Positions 8,201 through 10,367 of a DNA stretch of 10,367 bases are shown here, piece after piece. Within the stretch, counting starts at the first letter, position 1, and each line of letters starts with the position of its first letter. A program made the translations under genes and the position numbers. The notes beneath the pieces were generated by a model, which ran no database searches, had not been told where the DNA came from, and was given only the letters and a program-made list of their open reading frames with translations. Location of the stretch: the UHGV virus genome UHGV-1709880; one strand, given 5' to 3'. The DNA comes from a virus.

Positions 8201-9495
8201 TGGCATTAAATGAAGGTCAACTGGTCACGTATGCTCTGGATGAAATCATCGAAACCGTCCAGAACCTGACGCCAATGGCGTCCAAAGTGACAAAATACAC
8301 CCCTCCGGCAGAATCCATGCAGCGTTCAAGCAACACCGTGTGGATGCCTGTTGAGCAGGAAGCGCCAACCCAGACTGGCTGGGATTTAACTGGCAAGGCA
8401 ACCGGGATTCTGGAGCTTTCCGTGAAATGCAACATGGGCGATCCGGATAACGATTTCTTCGAGCTTCGTGCAGATGACCTGCGTGATGAGCGTTCTTACC
8501 GTCGCCGCATCCAGGCATCCGCCAAAAAACTGGCGAATAACATTGAGTCAGCGATTGCCAAACAGGCAACTGAAATGGGCTCGCTTGTTGTTCACGATAC
8601 CCGCGCAATTGGTCCATCTACTGGCCTGTCTGGCTGGGATTTTGTGTCTGATGCAGAGCGCCTGATGTTCTCCAGAGAACTCAACCGCGACATGGGCATC
8701 AGTTACTTCCTGAACCCTGACGATTACCGCAAAGCAGGCCGTAACCTGGTAGATGGTGACATCTTCGGTCGCGTTCCTGAAGAAGCGTATCGCAACGGTA
8801 CTATTCAGCGTCAGATTGCTGGCTTTGATGAAATTCTTCGCTCACCGAAACTTCCGGCAGTTACCAAGTCAACCGCTACTGGTGTAACTGTTTCTGGTGC
8901 GCAGAAGTTTAAGCCGCAGGCATACACCCTTGATACCGATGGTAACAAAGAGAACGTCGACAACCGTGTTGCAACGGTGACCGTATCTTCCACCACCGGA
9001 TTTAAGCGCGGCGACAAAATCAGCTTCACTGGTGTGAAATTCCTGTCTCAGATGGCGAAGAACGTGCTGACTGATGATGCTACTTTCTCAATCACCCGTG
9101 TGATCGATGATACTCACATCGAAATCACGCCGAAACCGATTGCACTGGATGACGCTTCACTGACAAAAGAAGAGAAGGCTTACGCTAACGTAAACACATC
9201 TCTTGCTAATACCACTCCGGTAAACGTTCTGAACGTGGCAACAGCCACCGCTAACGTGTTCTGGGCTGATGACTCAATCCGCCTGCTATCTCAGCCGATC
9301 CCGGTAACCCATGAACTGTTTGCTGGCATGAAAACGTCTTCCTTCAGCATTCCTGGTATTGGTGTTAACGGCATCTTCGCAACGCAGGGTGATATCAACA
9401 CTCTGTCTGGTAAGTGCCGTATTGCTGTGTGGTATTCAGCATGTGCTGTACGACCAGAGGCAATTGGTGTTGGTCTGCCTAACCAGACTGCGTGA
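8200..9495 (+). CDS. 5: Major capsid (coat) protein, P22 gp5-like (HK97 fold with insertion domain), 431 aa
   Basis: ATG 8200. Translation [97 protein letters not shown]...[14 protein letters not shown]. Recognised as P22-type coat protein by sequence, length and gene order. Confidence 0.93.
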   Translation: MALNEGQLVTYALDEIIETVQNLTPMASKVTKYTPPAESMQRSSNTVWMPVEQEAPTQTGWDLTGKATGILELSVKCNMGDPDNDFFELRADDLRDERSYRRRIQASAKKLANNIESAIAKQATEMGSLVVHDTRAIGPSTGLSGWDFVSDAERLMFSRELNRDMGISYFLNPDDYRKAGRNLVDGDIFGRVPEEAYRNGTIQRQIAGFDEILRSPKLPAVTKSTATGVTVSGAQKFKPQAYTLDTDGNKENVDNRVATVTVSSTTGFKRGDKISFTGVKFLSQMAKNVLTDDATFSITRVIDDTHIEITPKPIALDDASLTKEEKAYANVNTSLANTTPVNVLNVATATANVFWADDSIRLLSQPIPVTHELFAGMKTSSFSIPGIGVNGIFATQGDINTLSGKCRIAVWYSACAVRPEAIGVGLPNQTA

Positions 9496-9502
9496 TAACC
9501 AG

Positions 9503-9526
9503 AGGGAGCTTCGGCTCCCTTTTTTA
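9503..9526 (+). terminator. Intrinsic terminator / attenuator immediately downstream of the coat gene
   Basis: Perfect hairpin GGGAGC (9504-9509) - UUCG tetraloop - GCUCCC (9514-9519), followed by TTTTTT (9520-9525); begins 8 nt after the coat stop. Confidence 0.7.
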
Positions 9527-9539
9527 TCTGGAGACAAAC

Positions 9540-9771
<232 letters not shown>

Positions 9772-9794
<23 letters not shown>

Positions 9795-10272
9795 TTTAGT
9801 TCTTGCGGCATTACGTAAGCTCGGCGTGGCATCAAATGCCACGTTAACCGATGTCGAACCGCAGTCTATGGAAGACGGCATCAACGACCTTGAAATGATG
9901 ATGGCTGAATGGCTTGGCGGTGATGCGTCACCTGGTATCAACGTTGGCTACATTTTTGCTGATGCAGATGTTGCTCCGGATCCGGGCGATGAGCACGGTT
10001 TATCAAATAACGCTATCAATGCCGTCATTTTCAACCTTGCCTGCCGCATTGCTCCGGATTATGCGCTGGAAGCGTCAGCAAAACTTATAACTACTGCCAG
10101 ATACGGGAAAGAGCGACTCGTCAAACTGTCTGCAATGGACAGAGCAAAAGCCGCTAAATGTAAGTCCGGTTATCCAAACCGTATGCCTGTTGGTAGCGGT
10201 AACCAGTTGGCGAAGTGGAATGGTTGGAATTACTTCCACCGAAAGGAACCTTGCGATAACGGGAGCGAATAA
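9772..10272 (+). CDS. 4: Tail adaptor / head-completion protein, P22 gp4-like, 166 aa
   Basis: ATG 9772. Translation [50 protein letters not shown]...[53 protein letters not shown]... matches the gp4 N-terminus and length. The ORF track's longer version from ATG 9679 reads through the repeat as SQSQSQ and is not supported. Confidence 0.85.
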
Positions 10273-10367
10273 ATGCCTATTCAGCAACTTCCGCTTATGA
10301 AAGGTGTCGGCAAAGACTTTCGAAACGCCGACTATATCGACTATCTGCCAGTGAATATGTTGGCTAC
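10273..10367 (+). CDS. 10: Tail hub protein, P22 gp10-like; 5' end only (3'-truncated by the window edge)
   Basis: ATG 10273 abuts the gp4 stop (TAAATG). Translation MPIQQLPLMKGVGKDFRNADYIDYLPVNMLA... matches the gp10 N-terminus. Confidence 0.8.
   Translation, partial: MPIQQLPLMKGVGKDFRNADYIDYLPVNMLA

Overview
The window is a contiguous, single-strand (+) stretch of the late operon of a P22-like (Lederbergvirus-type) temperate phage or prophage of an enterobacterium. Reading left to right: the 3' end of a GH24 endolysin; the Rz/Rz1 spanin pair, with Rz1 embedded out of frame; an accessory ('moron') segment of about 2.5 kb carrying a Rha-family protein and four small ORFs of unclear function; then the packaging and head-morphogenesis block in canonical P22 order: small terminase (gene 3), large terminase (gene 2), portal (gene 1), scaffold (gene 8), coat (gene 5), a small EP-repeat ORF, gp4 tail adaptor, and the 5' end of gp10. 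Gene identities were recognised from the translated proteins by recall of the P22 family and were not confirmed by any search. I see no integrase, tRNA, CRISPR array, IS element or recognisable defence system. The parts worth a second look are the accessory segment between lysis and packaging genes (especially a 129-aa HExxH protein and a Cys-rich micro-ORF), a recurring hairpin-plus-GATAATG motif after two of the accessory genes, and a (GAGCCA)6 in-frame repeat in an ORF between the coat and gp4 genes. Most of the window is ordinary, well-characterised phage structural biology.
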